Positions 29,539-39,705 of a stretch of 64,000 nt of DNA are shown piece after piece; within the stretch, counting starts at the first letter, position 1; every line of letters begins with the position of its first letter. The notes beneath the pieces were generated by a model. It was given only the letters and a program-made list of their open reading frames with translations, made no database searches and was not told the origin of the DNA. The translations under genes and the position numbers were made by a program. Source of the stretch: Sedimentisphaeraceae bacterium JB056 (GTDB lineage Bacteria; Planctomycetota; Phycisphaerae; Sedimentisphaerales; Sedimentisphaeraceae); contig JBITAJ010000015.1 of NCBI GenBank assembly GCA_044440125.1, forward strand, positions 128,001 through 192,000. The letters are read 5' to 3'.

Positions 29539-29569
29539 AAAGCTGCATAATAATTGTGCAGCTTTTTTT
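29539..29569 (+). terminator. Rho-independent terminator
   Basis: AAAGCTGCATAAT/ATTGTGCAGCTTT hairpin followed by a T run. Confidence 0.8.
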
Positions 29570-29681
29570 CATTTTAAAGAAACTTTTCTCATTGTTATTT
29601 GTTTAATTACTTGTAAATTCAATAATTAAGCTCGAAGTAGCTGAAATAGTAATCATTCATTTTATAGTAGGAGTAATCATT

Positions 29682-31292
29682 ATGAGAAAAATTATATTGT
29701 TAACACTGTCTGTTTTATTTTTATCATCATGCATTGCGAAACCTGTCTCTGATAAGATCAACACTATCGCACTTTTCAAGAACGGTTCAGGTTATTTTTT
29801 GAGTTCTGTTGAAATTGATGAAGGAGTCAGCGATTTTGAAATAATGCCGGAAGTCGCTCCGGCTAATGGAACTTTCTGGGTTAGCTGGCCTAAAGGTATT
29901 TCGGTTAGCTCGCTTGTTGCAGAGGAAGTCGATTATAATGAGGAAATTGAAGCGGTTACCATTGTAGAGCTTCTGAAAGCGAATGTCGGATCACAAGTCA
30001 AACTTAAAGTTGGTGATGACTATGTTACAGGCACACTCAAGAGCTTTGATGAAAAGAATAGCTCAGATGAGTATCTGCCGTATAAGCCCGGCAGTCAGTC
30101 AATTATTCCAAATATTAAAGCTGAAATGATAACTGTCGAAACCGATTCTGGTATGCTTGTAATGAGTGCTTCACGGGTAAGCAGTGTCAGTTTCCTTGAT
30201 TGGAAAATGAGTCGCTCTACTACCCGTGCGACAAAAAAGGTAGCACTTAAGGGATACTTGACTGAAGAATCAACAGGAGCCGCAAGAATAGATATGAGCT
30301 ATATCGGCCAGGGAATCACATGGGTTCCAAGTTATGTTGTTGATATATCAAAGGATGGAAAGGCATTTCTTACTGCCAAAGCTCTTATTATCAATGAAGC
30401 GGCTGATCTGCAAGATGTAAAAATACTGCTGATAACCGGCTATCCCAATCTTGAGTTTAACGATACATTCAGCCCGATTTCTATGAAGAATTCTCTTGCT
30501 GAGTTTCTCGCTTCACTTGGTGGCTCTACTCCTTCTGCCGGACGTGGCGTGATGATGCAGAATATGGCTAAAAGCGCAAGGTTTGATATGGTTGCAGAAT
30601 CAGCAGCTCCGATTAATTATGGCGATGCGGCTCAAGGCAAGCAGATAGAGGATATGTTCTTCTACCCACTTGAGAATATAAGTCTCAATAAGAAACAGAC
30701 CGGTTATTATCCGCTTTTCAGCACAGAAGTTGATTGCAAGCATATATACAAGTGGGATATCGCGGATAATATAGATAGATACTACCGCTACAATAATAAC
30801 CAGACTCAGGAAGATCCGGTTGTCTGGCATTGCATAAAACTCAAGAACAGTACTGCTCAGCCGTGGACTACCGCTCCTGTTGAGACTGTAAAGAAGAACC
30901 TCATATTGGGACAGTCAACTCTTGATTTTACCATTCCAGGTGACGAGGCAACCGTTAAGATAACACGAGCCGGTGAGGTAAAGGCCAATCAGGTTGAGTA
31001 TGTGAGCAAGAGAGTTGCAAATTCCGCCACTTTCTTTGGCACTACTTATGATGAGGTTACGATTGAAGGTTCCCTCTTTGTGACAAATGCCAAGAAAGAG
31101 GCAGTCGATGTTGAGATTTCCAAGGTATTAACCGGCAAGATATTGAATACTTCTCCTGATGCACAGATAGAGAAGACAGCGACTAATGTAGGACAAGTCA
31201 ATGAAACTCAGAAGCTTAAATGGAATGTTGAGGTTGATGCCTCAGATAAGTTGGAGCTTAAATACAGCTATAAAGCATACCTGAGAAGATAA
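29682..31292 (+). CDS. Probable lipoprotein, DUF4139-like
   Basis: Lipobox LSSC; 'IALFKNG', 'SYIGQGITWVPSY' and 'LKNST..PWTTAP' motifs. Confidence 0.7.
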   Translation: MRKIILLTLSVLFLSSCIAKPVSDKINTIALFKNGSGYFLSSVEIDEGVSDFEIMPEVAPANGTFWVSWPKGISVSSLVAEEVDYNEEIEAVTIVELLKANVGSQVKLKVGDDYVTGTLKSFDEKNSSDEYLPYKPGSQSIIPNIKAEMITVETDSGMLVMSASRVSSVSFLDWKMSRSTTRATKKVALKGYLTEESTGAARIDMSYIGQGITWVPSYVVDISKDGKAFLTAKALIINEAADLQDVKILLITGYPNLEFNDTFSPISMKNSLAEFLASLGGSTPSAGRGVMMQNMAKSARFDMVAESAAPINYGDAAQGKQIEDMFFYPLENISLNKKQTGYYPLFSTEVDCKHIYKWDIADNIDRYYRYNNNQTQEDPVVWHCIKLKNSTAQPWTTAPVETVKKNLILGQSTLDFTIPGDEATVKITRAGEVKANQVEYVSKRVANSATFFGTTYDEVTIEGSLFVTNAKKEAVDVEISKVLTGKILNTSPDAQIEKTATNVGQVNETQKLKWNVEVDASDKLELKYSYKAYLRR

Positions 31293-31303
31293 AACTGAAT
31301 TTT

Positions 31304-31343
31304 AACCGTCCTTGTCAGCCGATGAGGACGGTTTTATTTTTTT
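31304..31343 (+). terminator. Rho-independent terminator
   Basis: AACCGTCCTTGTC-AGCC-GATGAGGACGGTT followed by a T-rich tail. Confidence 0.8.
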
Positions 31344-31364
31344 TACTTTTTGCGGCAGTTTGGG

Positions 31365-33710
31365 ATGGGGAGAATACGGGAAAATATTCATCTTTCTGAA
31401 TACCGGATAAACAATGGCAGGGCAATTCTGTTTCTGCCGTTGAAAGATTGTCCATTTTTGATTATAGCGACAGGGCTTATTCTGGGGATAGTGTCTCAAA
31501 AGACACTGAATATAAATGGCCTATACCTTATCTCATCAGTATTTCTTGTACTCATTCTAACAATAACATCTCTTCTTAAACGCTATAAAATAACACTCTT
31601 TCTTATCTTGGGATTCTTTGCCGCTTTTGTACTTGGGGCGGCAAGAATGTACTATTCTGACAATCCCGGAAGCTCAGATATTTCCTCAATGATTTCCGGA
31701 GATCCGGTATTAGCAACTCTCAAAGGTGTTGTTGCCACAGAGCCTGTGCTCAAACCAACATCCGCCTCCGATCTGAATTCCAGCTACAGCCTTTCTTTTG
31801 AGCTTAAAGTTCTTGAGATACTTACGCCTTCTGGTTTTCAAAAGGCCAAAGGGCGTGTTTACAGCCGTATTTCTTTTATACCCCAAGATGCTTTGCCGCA
31901 AGCAGCCTTGCAAAAGGGCGAAAGGATTACTTTATATTGCAACCTTTCCAAACCAGAGAGAATGCGGGAGAGATGGCGGTTTGATTTTGCTCAATACCTT
32001 TACTTCAAGAGAATAGACGTGTGCAGTTATTCACAGTATCCGGCGATTATTAGAGAACCTTCAGAGAAAAATACTGCAATTATTCCTTCAGATATTAATA
32101 ATCGAGAAAATGAAGAAGCAAACGCTCTGATTGAAGCCCTGACTCTTGGAAAAAGAAGCTCCTTATCGGAAAATGTCTTGGACGATTTCAGGACTGCCGG
32201 CTTGATGCACATATTGAGCCTTTCGGGCATGCATGTCGGTATAATTATGGCTGGTCTGTGGGGGATTCTTCGGATATTGGGTTTCAGGCAGAAGGTTGCC
32301 GGAGCGATTGTGATTCTTATGCTGACAATTTTTCTTCTGAAAGTTCAGATCAGGCCGCCAGTGGTCAGGGCTGCTATAATCGCCTATGTGTTTGCGTTTG
32401 CCAAGCTTTTGGAAAGACGCAGTTTGCCGCTGAATGTGTTGTCTATTGCCGCGGTGATAACTTTGCTAATCGATCCGAGGGATATCTTCAGTCCGGGCTG
32501 GCAGCTTTCCTTTATATGTGTATTGGGGATTGTGCTGCTTACGAGACCTATTTATGAATCTTTTATTTATCTGAAATTTTACTATCTTGATTTATGGCTG
32601 CCGCATCGCAGTAGTGATGATAAGCCCGACTTAAAAGTTCTCAGCTTTGCCAAATTCAGGAAATGGTTTCTTATGGCTCTAAGCGTGTCATTTGCCGCAT
32701 GGATAAGTTCACTTCCGGTTATCGCTTATCATTTTGGAGCGGTTTATCCGTTTTCATGGCTTTATACGATTTTGCTTGCTCCGCTTCTGTGGCTTACTAT
32801 AAATGCCGGTTTTTTAGGACTGATAGCGTGGGATGGCTTTTCGGTAGTATCACAGTGGTTTGCCGGTATCCTGATTGATATCGTTGGTGCCTTTGCAAAA
32901 ATACCTCACAGTGAGGTGCTTACCGGTTTCATTCCTTTGAGGGTATTTTGGTTTATGGTCGGAACCATTATTCTGTTTTCGTTATCTTCGTTTTTGCTGA
33001 ACAGGAAGCTAAAAAGATTGTGTCTGATATGTACTCTTGTGCTTGCTGTGCTTATAATTCAATGGGATTTATCCGAGTTTGACAGTGATCAGTTGCGGAT
33101 GTCATTGCTTCCGGTAGGTCATGGGCAATGCGTAGTATTGGAGATGCCGGGTGATGAAGTTTATATGTTAGACTGCGGCTCAAAGACATTTTCTGATTGC
33201 GGCCGGCGTATTGCTACCCCCTTTCTGAGGTCAAGAAGGATCAAAAAGCTTGATACGATGATAATATCCCATCCTGATGCCGATCATGTTAATGGTGTTG
33301 ATGTGATTTTAGAGAAGTTCTCGCCTGATAATGTGTTCATAAATACAGACAGCATGAAAATGGGCTTTGATGGCAGTGTTGTGGATGGGCAGACATATTC
33401 GATTTTTGATACAGATGGCAAGTGGAAGCTTGATATTATACCTTCCGGTGATGATTATTCACGAAATAACAATTCGCTTGTTGTTATGATTGATTATGAG
33501 GGATATTCGGTAATGATTCCCAGCGATATTGAGCAGGAAAGACAATATGAACTTCTTGATATGGGCATCGAAACCGATTTACTTCTCATGCCGCACCATA
33601 GTTCCGATTTTACGAATTTGAGGAATCTGCAGCAAATGCTCAATGCAAAAAAAGTGATTTCCACAAAGCCAACAGATGCGATGGTTCTAAGAAACTACGC
33701 CTTTGAGTAA
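31365..33710 (+). CDS. comEC: ComEC/Rec2 competence protein
   Basis: OB-fold region, 'GLMHILSLSGMHV', 'PVVRAAI', 'PGWQLSF', and MBL domain 'VGHGQC...DCGS...SHPDADHVNG'. Start uncertain. Confidence 0.9.
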   Translation: MGRIRENIHLSEYRINNGRAILFLPLKDCPFLIIATGLILGIVSQKTLNINGLYLISSVFLVLILTITSLLKRYKITLFLILGFFAAFVLGAARMYYSDNPGSSDISSMISGDPVLATLKGVVATEPVLKPTSASDLNSSYSLSFELKVLEILTPSGFQKAKGRVYSRISFIPQDALPQAALQKGERITLYCNLSKPERMRERWRFDFAQYLYFKRIDVCSYSQYPAIIREPSEKNTAIIPSDINNRENEEANALIEALTLGKRSSLSENVLDDFRTAGLMHILSLSGMHVGIIMAGLWGILRILGFRQKVAGAIVILMLTIFLLKVQIRPPVVRAAIIAYVFAFAKLLERRSLPLNVLSIAAVITLLIDPRDIFSPGWQLSFICVLGIVLLTRPIYESFIYLKFYYLDLWLPHRSSDDKPDLKVLSFAKFRKWFLMALSVSFAAWISSLPVIAYHFGAVYPFSWLYTILLAPLLWLTINAGFLGLIAWDGFSVVSQWFAGILIDIVGAFAKIPHSEVLTGFIPLRVFWFMVGTIILFSLSSFLLNRKLKRLCLICTLVLAVLIIQWDLSEFDSDQLRMSLLPVGHGQCVVLEMPGDEVYMLDCGSKTFSDCGRRIATPFLRSRRIKKLDTMIISHPDADHVNGVDVILEKFSPDNVFINTDSMKMGFDGSVVDGQTYSIFDTDGKWKLDIIPSGDDYSRNNNSLVVMIDYEGYSVMIPSDIEQERQYELLDMGIETDLLLMPHHSSDFTNLRNLQQMLNAKKVISTKPTDAMVLRNYAFE

Positions 33711-33820
33711 TTTGGTAATTATTAATTACTCAAAAATTGTGTTACCTTCAGTGTTTATTATTTCTCAATTAAGATCTTATTATAAGACTATTGCTTATTG
33801 CGGTGTACTGAAAGAAGGTG

Positions 33821-34180
33821 TTATTCGCTGTTGATCCACTGCCAAGCCTGCTCGCTTTTATCGCTATAGAAAAATTTCGTGGGGGCGGAGAAGAACAGGC
33901 CGGAAATTTTTGTGCCCCATTTTTCCCATCTCTTTTCTCCCACTATGGCTATTTTGCCGTAATTGTCCTTGTATTTTATGTCAAGCTTGATATCTTCCCA
34001 CATAGCTGCGATCTCAAAGCCGGTAAAGTCTTGCAGTTTAATGAAGAAATTGAGCTTGCCGTATGAATTGACCAGTTCTTCCATTCTTGGAACAAGAGGT
34101 ATATAGTCGCTCTTACGAAGCTTTCCTGATGCCGTAACACTTAAAACATTGTTGTCGTTTGGTCCTTCTATGCAGATCAT
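33821..34180 (-). CDS. STAS/SEC14 (SpoIIAA-like) domain protein
   Basis: 'ASGKL..SDY', 'DFTGFEIAAMWEDIK', 'KIAIVG' and 'AWQWI'. SD GAGGAG. Confidence 0.85.
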   Translation of the reverse strand: MICIEGPNDNNVLSVTASGKLRKSDYIPLVPRMEELVNSYGKLNFFIKLQDFTGFEIAAMWEDIKLDIKYKDNYGKIAIVGEKRWEKWGTKISGLFFSAPTKFFYSDKSEQAWQWINSE

Positions 34181-34280
34181 AATTTTCTCCTCTCTGGTGA
34201 AAAAACATTCTCACCCTCGATTATTGATTATAGACCGGCAATTGTCAACTAAATAATCAAATGGACTTTTTTCTTCGGCT

Positions 34281-35090
34281 TTATTTTTTCATGTGGTAGG
34301 ATTCAGAGTCTTTTGGGTAGCCTGCGTTTTTGACTTCTTCATCGTACTGGGCGATTGTTTTGGTTATTTGATCTCCGATATCTGCGAATTTCCTTGAGAA
34401 TTTGGGCATGAAGCCTTTGTTTAAGCCGAGGACGTCTGATATGACCAGCACCTGTCCATCACAGTCGGGGCCTGAGCCGCAGCTTATCACCGGAACCTGA
34501 ATATTATCGGTTACGATTTTAGCCGCTTCCCTTGCAACACCTTCCAGAAGAAGCATTTTCGCACCTGCTGACTGCATTTTTTTAGCTGTTTCAAGCAGGG
34601 CAGCGCAATCGGCATCGGTTGTGCCTTCTGCTTTGAGCCGGCCGGTGAGGTTGATGCTTTGCGGACGCATTCCAATATGTGCCATAACCGCTATTCCGGC
34701 ATCGCTTACTGCTTCGATTATGTCGACTTGCTTATCCGTAACCTCGATTTTTACGATATCCGCATCAGATTCAGTCACAAACCTGCCCGCATTGATGATA
34801 GCATCTTTGATACTTGTCTGATACGAAAGAAAGGGCATGTCTGCGGCTATGAGTTTGGAAGGTGCTCCACGGGTGACTGCCTTTGTGATAAGCGTCATGT
34901 AGTCCATTGTCGCCGGCAGCGTACTCTTTTCGCCAAGCATAACTTGAGCGGCAGAGTCGCCTACCATGAGCATATCAATATCTGTGTCAGCGATCAGAGA
35001 CGCTGTAGTATAGTCATAGCATGTAATAACAGAAAACTTCTTGTTCTCTTGTTTATAATCATAAATTTTTGATATAGTTGTTCTTTTCAT
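34281..35090 (-). CDS. panB: 3-methyl-2-oxobutanoate hydroxymethyltransferase
   Basis: TCYDY, MVGDS, ADMPFLSY, VMAHIGMRPQ and CDGQVLV. Confidence 0.96.
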   Translation of the reverse strand: MKRTTISKIYDYKQENKKFSVITCYDYTTASLIADTDIDMLMVGDSAAQVMLGEKSTLPATMDYMTLITKAVTRGAPSKLIAADMPFLSYQTSIKDAIINAGRFVTESDADIVKIEVTDKQVDIIEAVSDAGIAVMAHIGMRPQSINLTGRLKAEGTTDADCAALLETAKKMQSAGAKMLLLEGVAREAAKIVTDNIQVPVISCGSGPDCDGQVLVISDVLGLNKGFMPKFSRKFADIGDQITKTIAQYDEEVKNAGYPKDSESYHMKK

Positions 35091-35181
35091 CCGTTACATT
35101 ATACAGTTTTGAATACAAAGGTGAAATGATTTTTCGAGTTGAAATTTGATATATTTAGTACGGTACGGTTTGCATATATAT

Positions 35182-35217
35182 AAAAAAGCCTGCTTAGTTG
35201 TTAACCAAACAGGCTTT
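35182..35217 (-). terminator. Rho-independent terminator
   Basis: AAAGCCTG...CAGGCTTT stem with an A6 run on the plus strand (U tail on minus), downstream of the isomerase gene. Confidence 0.7.
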
Positions 35218-35242
35218 AAGGTGTCAATTTTTGTAATTCGGC

Positions 35243-36649
35243 TTATCCGTGATAGTAAACATCCCAACCCATGTATGTTGTGAGTGCTTCGTTTATAGCA
35301 GCGGCTTTTTCGCTGATATTCACGGCTACATGGTGCTCAAACCCATTTTCGCACATATACCTAAGCAGTGTCTGCATGTTCGGTATCCTCATTACGCCGT
35401 ATCCGCCGAAGGTATCCACCTTATCATTAGTAAATTCTCCTTCGCCGAGATAGCAGGCTATTGTACCGTTCATATCGTCGGTGCTGGTTCTGAGGAATGT
35501 TGTTGGGTTTGGTGCGATACGTCCGCCGATTGTGCCAAATGTGTTCTCTTTTCCAACGGAGCCGGCAATGATTGCCTGATATTCCATGGTTGATTTTTCG
35601 AAGAATGATTTCGGCAGATTGCTGCAGTGGAAGAGCACACATTTATCAGGATCTTCGCCATAATTGTTGTTCCAGTCGAGCAGGGCACTTGGCTTATTGC
35701 TTGCAAGCTGAAGAACATACATTCCAAGAAGACCCATTACATCAACTTCACATGCACTTGGTGCAAGGCTTTCGCTTAGCATACTCATAAGTGTACATGG
35801 AACAACGCCATAGAATTCTTCAATGCTTGTCCAGCACTGAATGGTTGTCGCTTGAACGTCTACCTCTTTGCACCATTGGTCGATTACGGTGCCGAGTTTA
35901 GCCATTTTCATAAGGGAGTTTTCGGGAATATCAGTTGTCTGGACGTAACCTTTGATAGCGTTGAGCTTATCAATTACACAACTGTCACTGTCGGCAAGCT
36001 TATTTGAACGTCCGAGGATTTCAGAAAGATCCACAGGTTCAACGGCGATGCCATAGCTTTCGAGAATCTTTTCGCTGTAACGAACAGTATTGAAAGCGGC
36101 AGGGCGTGCCCCAATAGCTCCGAAACGTACGTTTTTCAGCCCCTTTACAATGTTGCATACACTTGCGAATTTGCTAAGCTCTTTGGCAAAGGCTTCCGAT
36201 GAGACACTTACTGTATGGCAGTCGGTAAGCGTGTAGGGCAGTCCGGCCTGAAGCAGGTTGTTGCAAACGCTTATCTTGCCGCAAAATGAGTCGCGACGGT
36301 GTATTATCGTCATGTCAGATGAAACGTCCGGTTCGGCCTGTACAAGAATTGGTACGTTTAGCCCGCTTCTTTTGATTGCTTCAGCAACACCTTTTTCGTC
36401 ACCGAAATTTGGAAGTGTTACTATTATACCGTCTATTTTATCTTCATTTTTTTTGAAAAGTTCGGCACATTTCTTGGCTTCTTCGAAGGTTTCAACTGCA
36501 CCGTATTTACTGTCATTTTCACTGAGTGCGATGCTGTTATAGCCATTTTTGTCAAGTACTTCAAGTATTGATTTGCGACCTTCCATTGCAAGTGCATCAG
36601 GGAAGAAACCTCTGTTGGCTACTATCACACCGAAAGTTAATTTGTCCAT
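35243..36649 (-). CDS. L-fucose/L-arabinose isomerase family protein
   Basis: NRGFFP, LPNFGDE, RRDSFCGKISVCNNL, ACEVD, FHCSN and GFEHHVA. GGAG SD precedes MDKLTF (36649). Confidence 0.88.
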   Translation of the reverse strand: MDKLTFGVIVANRGFFPDALAMEGRKSILEVLDKNGYNSIALSENDSKYGAVETFEEAKKCAELFKKNEDKIDGIIVTLPNFGDEKGVAEAIKRSGLNVPILVQAEPDVSSDMTIIHRRDSFCGKISVCNNLLQAGLPYTLTDCHTVSVSSEAFAKELSKFASVCNIVKGLKNVRFGAIGARPAAFNTVRYSEKILESYGIAVEPVDLSEILGRSNKLADSDSCVIDKLNAIKGYVQTTDIPENSLMKMAKLGTVIDQWCKEVDVQATTIQCWTSIEEFYGVVPCTLMSMLSESLAPSACEVDVMGLLGMYVLQLASNKPSALLDWNNNYGEDPDKCVLFHCSNLPKSFFEKSTMEYQAIIAGSVGKENTFGTIGGRIAPNPTTFLRTSTDDMNGTIACYLGEGEFTNDKVDTFGGYGVMRIPNMQTLLRYMCENGFEHHVAVNISEKAAAINEALTTYMGWDVYYHG

Positions 36650-36809
36650 TTTTCTCTCCATATCTTTAAACAGAATATATTTGATTTGTGATTGACTTAT
36701 CCAAGCCTCTTGAAAATCTGTCAACCTTTAACCTTGATTGATTCTATACCTATGGAGTGGTTTATTCAAGACCAAATTACGTTAAAAAAAAACCAAAAAG
36801 CGCAAGGTG

Positions 36810-38237
36810 TCATTGTTTGTCGGACAATTCCTTAATCCTTTTTGCTCCTGATTTAGGGCTGCTAAGATTACCTGGGCCGGCGATGCAGCCTCCCTGACAG
36901 TTCATTACTTCAACAAAATTACCCGGACATTTGACTTTTGAATAAGCATTCAAGAGTTTGATGCTTTTCTTATCAAGCCCGTCAATAAGTACAGGCTTTA
37001 TATCAGCATTGTTGTCTAAGCAGCTCTTTACAGCCTCAGTGACTCCGCCTGAAATAGCAAATTCTCTGCCTTCTGAAGTTGGCTTGATTGGTGTTTGTTG
37101 TTCTTCGGCATCGCGTACGAATATGTCTTTTGCAACGAACATTGCTCCAAGTTCTTCGGCAGTAATAACGAAGTCTACCGAGCCGGTGTTTATGGCTTCC
37201 GCCCGTTTTGCTATACATGGACCTACAAAAACCGTCACTGCATCAGGGTCAGTTTCTTTACTTCGTCTTCCAGTGAAATCCATTGGTGTCGGGGTGTCGG
37301 ATATGAATTCCTGTAGTGAGTTTATATGTTTTTTTGCGGCTTCCTTATATACAGGACAGCAGCTTGATGTCATAAATCGCTGACCTTGTTCCATTTTTTC
37401 CATAAATTCTTTTGCTTCATGTTGTGCTGTAATGTCAGCTCCATGAGCTACTTCAATAACATCAGAAAAACCGAGAGCTTTTACTGCTCCAATTATTTTT
37501 TCAAATTCACATGGAAATTGGCCTGCAATAGCAGGAGCAAGCATAGCTACCACTTTGCGGCCGGATTTGATTTTTTTTATAACATCAATTATTTGCGAGC
37601 GTTCCATGATAGCACCAAAAGGACACGCCATCATGCATCGTCCACAATATATACATTTGTCATAGTCTATGCTTTCAGTTCCATTTTCATCTTTCTCTAT
37701 AGCGCCAACAGGGCACGCCTCTTCACATGGAATGGGAATGCTAACAATTGCGTGATAAGGGCAAACTTTCAGGCATATTCCGCAGTTTACACATTTGTCT
37801 TCATCGATTCTTGCCTTGCCGTCAACCATTGTTATGGCATCTTTCGAGCAGTTTACCATGCATGGTCTTGCTACGCATCCTCGGCACACATTTGTTACGA
37901 AATGCCTGCCTTTAGGGCACGATGTACATGCTTCATCAATAACGGTAAGTATCGGGTTTTCGACAGTTTCGCGTTTGAGGGCGTCATTACTGTAGGCTCC
38001 CAGAGTCTTGAGCTCATCGGTCTCATCTTCTACGCTGTGGCCGAGTATTGCCATCAGCCGGTATTTGACAACTGCACGCTCTTTGTATGCGCAGCACCTG
38101 TTGGCGGCCTTTTTTCTTGGGAACATTTTAATCACAAGTTCATCGAGTTTTTGTTCAAGATTACCCTCAAAAGCAAGTCGTGCGGTTTCGATGAGGAGTT
38201 TCTTTTTTATTCTGTTTGCGTTATTGTCTGAAAGCAT
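36810..38237 (-). CDS. Monomeric [FeFe] hydrogenase with N-terminal ferredoxin domains (group B-like)
   Basis: H-cluster motifs TSSCCP, GPCIAKRAE and EVMNCQGGCIAG; several CxxCxxCxxxCP motifs. Confidence 0.92.
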   Translation of the reverse strand: MLSDNNANRIKKKLLIETARLAFEGNLEQKLDELVIKMFPRKKAANRCCAYKERAVVKYRLMAILGHSVEDETDELKTLGAYSNDALKRETVENPILTVIDEACTSCPKGRHFVTNVCRGCVARPCMVNCSKDAITMVDGKARIDEDKCVNCGICLKVCPYHAIVSIPIPCEEACPVGAIEKDENGTESIDYDKCIYCGRCMMACPFGAIMERSQIIDVIKKIKSGRKVVAMLAPAIAGQFPCEFEKIIGAVKALGFSDVIEVAHGADITAQHEAKEFMEKMEQGQRFMTSSCCPVYKEAAKKHINSLQEFISDTPTPMDFTGRRSKETDPDAVTVFVGPCIAKRAEAINTGSVDFVITAEELGAMFVAKDIFVRDAEEQQTPIKPTSEGREFAISGGVTEAVKSCLDNNADIKPVLIDGLDKKSIKLLNAYSKVKCPGNFVEVMNCQGGCIAGPGNLSSPKSGAKRIKELSDKQ

Positions 38238-38248
38238 ATCAAGTCTGT

Positions 38249-38503
38249 TTAAGTATTATTAATTATGTTTCGTATTTCATCTGCCACTTTTGCCATAGTT
38301 GCCGAGCTTATTACTTTACCGTTTACTGTGACATATGGCGGATCGCTTTGCTCTTTATTCAGACATTGTCCAAGACATGCCGAGGCTTCTATGGTTACCT
38401 TGCTGCCAAATTCGCGAGGCAGTTTTGTTGAAAGCTCCATAAGTGATTCGGCTCCCATCACATGGCATGTTGTGCCGGTGCATATAACTACTTTGATTTT
38501 CAT
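38249..38503 (-). CDS. Small thioredoxin-like [2Fe-2S] ferredoxin (NuoE-like, HfsA-like)
   Basis: 'VICTGTTCHVMG...CLGQC...PPYVTVNG'. Confidence 0.85.
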   Translation of the reverse strand: MKIKVVICTGTTCHVMGAESLMELSTKLPREFGSKVTIEASACLGQCLNKEQSDPPYVTVNGKVISSATMAKVADEIRNIINNT

Positions 38504-38517
38504 GTTTTTACCGTTTA

Positions 38518-39705
38518 TCAGGTTAGTTCCATCTCAACATCTTTGAGATATTGTGTACTTAAAATCCGCATAAGTCGTTTTACGAGGTTTCGCCTCAGAT
38601 CCATTTCAATCGGAAAATCAGGGTTTTGATGAACCTGATTGACCTTTGTCCCTACAAGAAACTTTATTATATCACTATCAAGTAAACTTTCCAGTAATCT
38701 TGCGGCTGCATCTGGATTGTTTTGTTCAATGTCTTCGCCGCTTTCGAGCATATCCGCCAGACGCGTAAGCGTAAGAGTGCCCTCAGTTACCATATCAACG
38801 CCTTTGAGCCTTGATACAGGAGGCAGATTTCTGTTGAGATCGCCTATGTCGGTTTCCACTTTCGTATTGAAATATCTTGCCACAATATTGGCAGTCGTTC
38901 CGCCGCAGATTATTTTTTTGCCGTCAAAACTGATTATCTGATCGATCAGATAGGCATCGAATTTTGTCTCGGCTGGAGGCCCTGTTACGACAAGTGTCTT
39001 GCGGGGCTTTCGCATGTTTATGACAAGAGAGCTTGTGTCGTCTTTTGCAATCTTCGAATCATTGAGTATGGCTCTTGATACAATATTCTTTGCCAATGTT
39101 CGTGCCGAAATATCTGGCTGCGACTGGCATTGCTCTAATGTATATTCAATGAGCTTCTCTTCTCCCCAGCCAAACGGCATATTTTCCCTGCCTCTGCCGG
39201 ATTCGGTTACACCATCGGTGCATATTATGATCTTGTCGCTGAGTTTGGTTTTGAAACAGCTGTAGAATATTGTTTTTGTGCCAAGTTTTTCGAAGTTGGC
39301 AAGTATCTTTCGCCTCGGCAGCCGCTGAATTTTATTGTCGGAGATAAATATTGCTGCCGGATTATCATATTCAATGAGTCGAATTTGTCCATCAGAGTCA
39401 ATGTCAGCGATTGAAAAAGTTGAGTAGCCGAGATTTCTGTTGTCGCATAAAGGCAGAGCTTTCATTATCAGCTCGGCGGTGCGTTTGATGTCTGTTTCAC
39501 GGCTAACCAGTTCAACAGCCATTGTAGATGCGAGTGTTGCCAATACGTTTGCTTTTATGCCGCTGCCCAAACCATCAGCTACACAGATGACAAGCCTGCC
39601 TTGTCCGCTGATGATATTGGTTTTGATGGCATCGCCGCAAACCTTCTGGCCTTCTTTTTTTCTCTGCCAGTAGTCAACTTCTACAAATGCATCTTTAATG
39701 TTCAT
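38518..39705 (-). CDS. SpoIIE/PP2C-like Ser/Thr phosphatase (HfsC-like)
   Basis: VCGD, ADGLGSGIKAN, CTDGV, KDDTS, IICGGTTA and VTEGTLT. Overlaps the upstream gene by 11 bp. Confidence 0.88.
   Translation of the reverse strand: MNIKDAFVEVDYWQRKKEGQKVCGDAIKTNIISGQGRLVICVADGLGSGIKANVLATLASTMAVELVSRETDIKRTAELIMKALPLCDNRNLGYSTFSIADIDSDGQIRLIEYDNPAAIFISDNKIQRLPRRKILANFEKLGTKTIFYSCFKTKLSDKIIICTDGVTESGRGRENMPFGWGEEKLIEYTLEQCQSQPDISARTLAKNIVSRAILNDSKIAKDDTSSLVINMRKPRKTLVVTGPPAETKFDAYLIDQIISFDGKKIICGGTTANIVARYFNTKVETDIGDLNRNLPPVSRLKGVDMVTEGTLTLTRLADMLESGEDIEQNNPDAAARLLESLLDSDIIKFLVGTKVNQVHQNPDFPIEMDLRRNLVKRLMRILSTQYLKDVEMELT

Noticed and set aside
37386..38231. 281-aa plus-strand ORF
   Set aside because: Antisense shadow of the [FeFe] hydrogenase. 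The other short nested ORFs in the track were rejected likewise.
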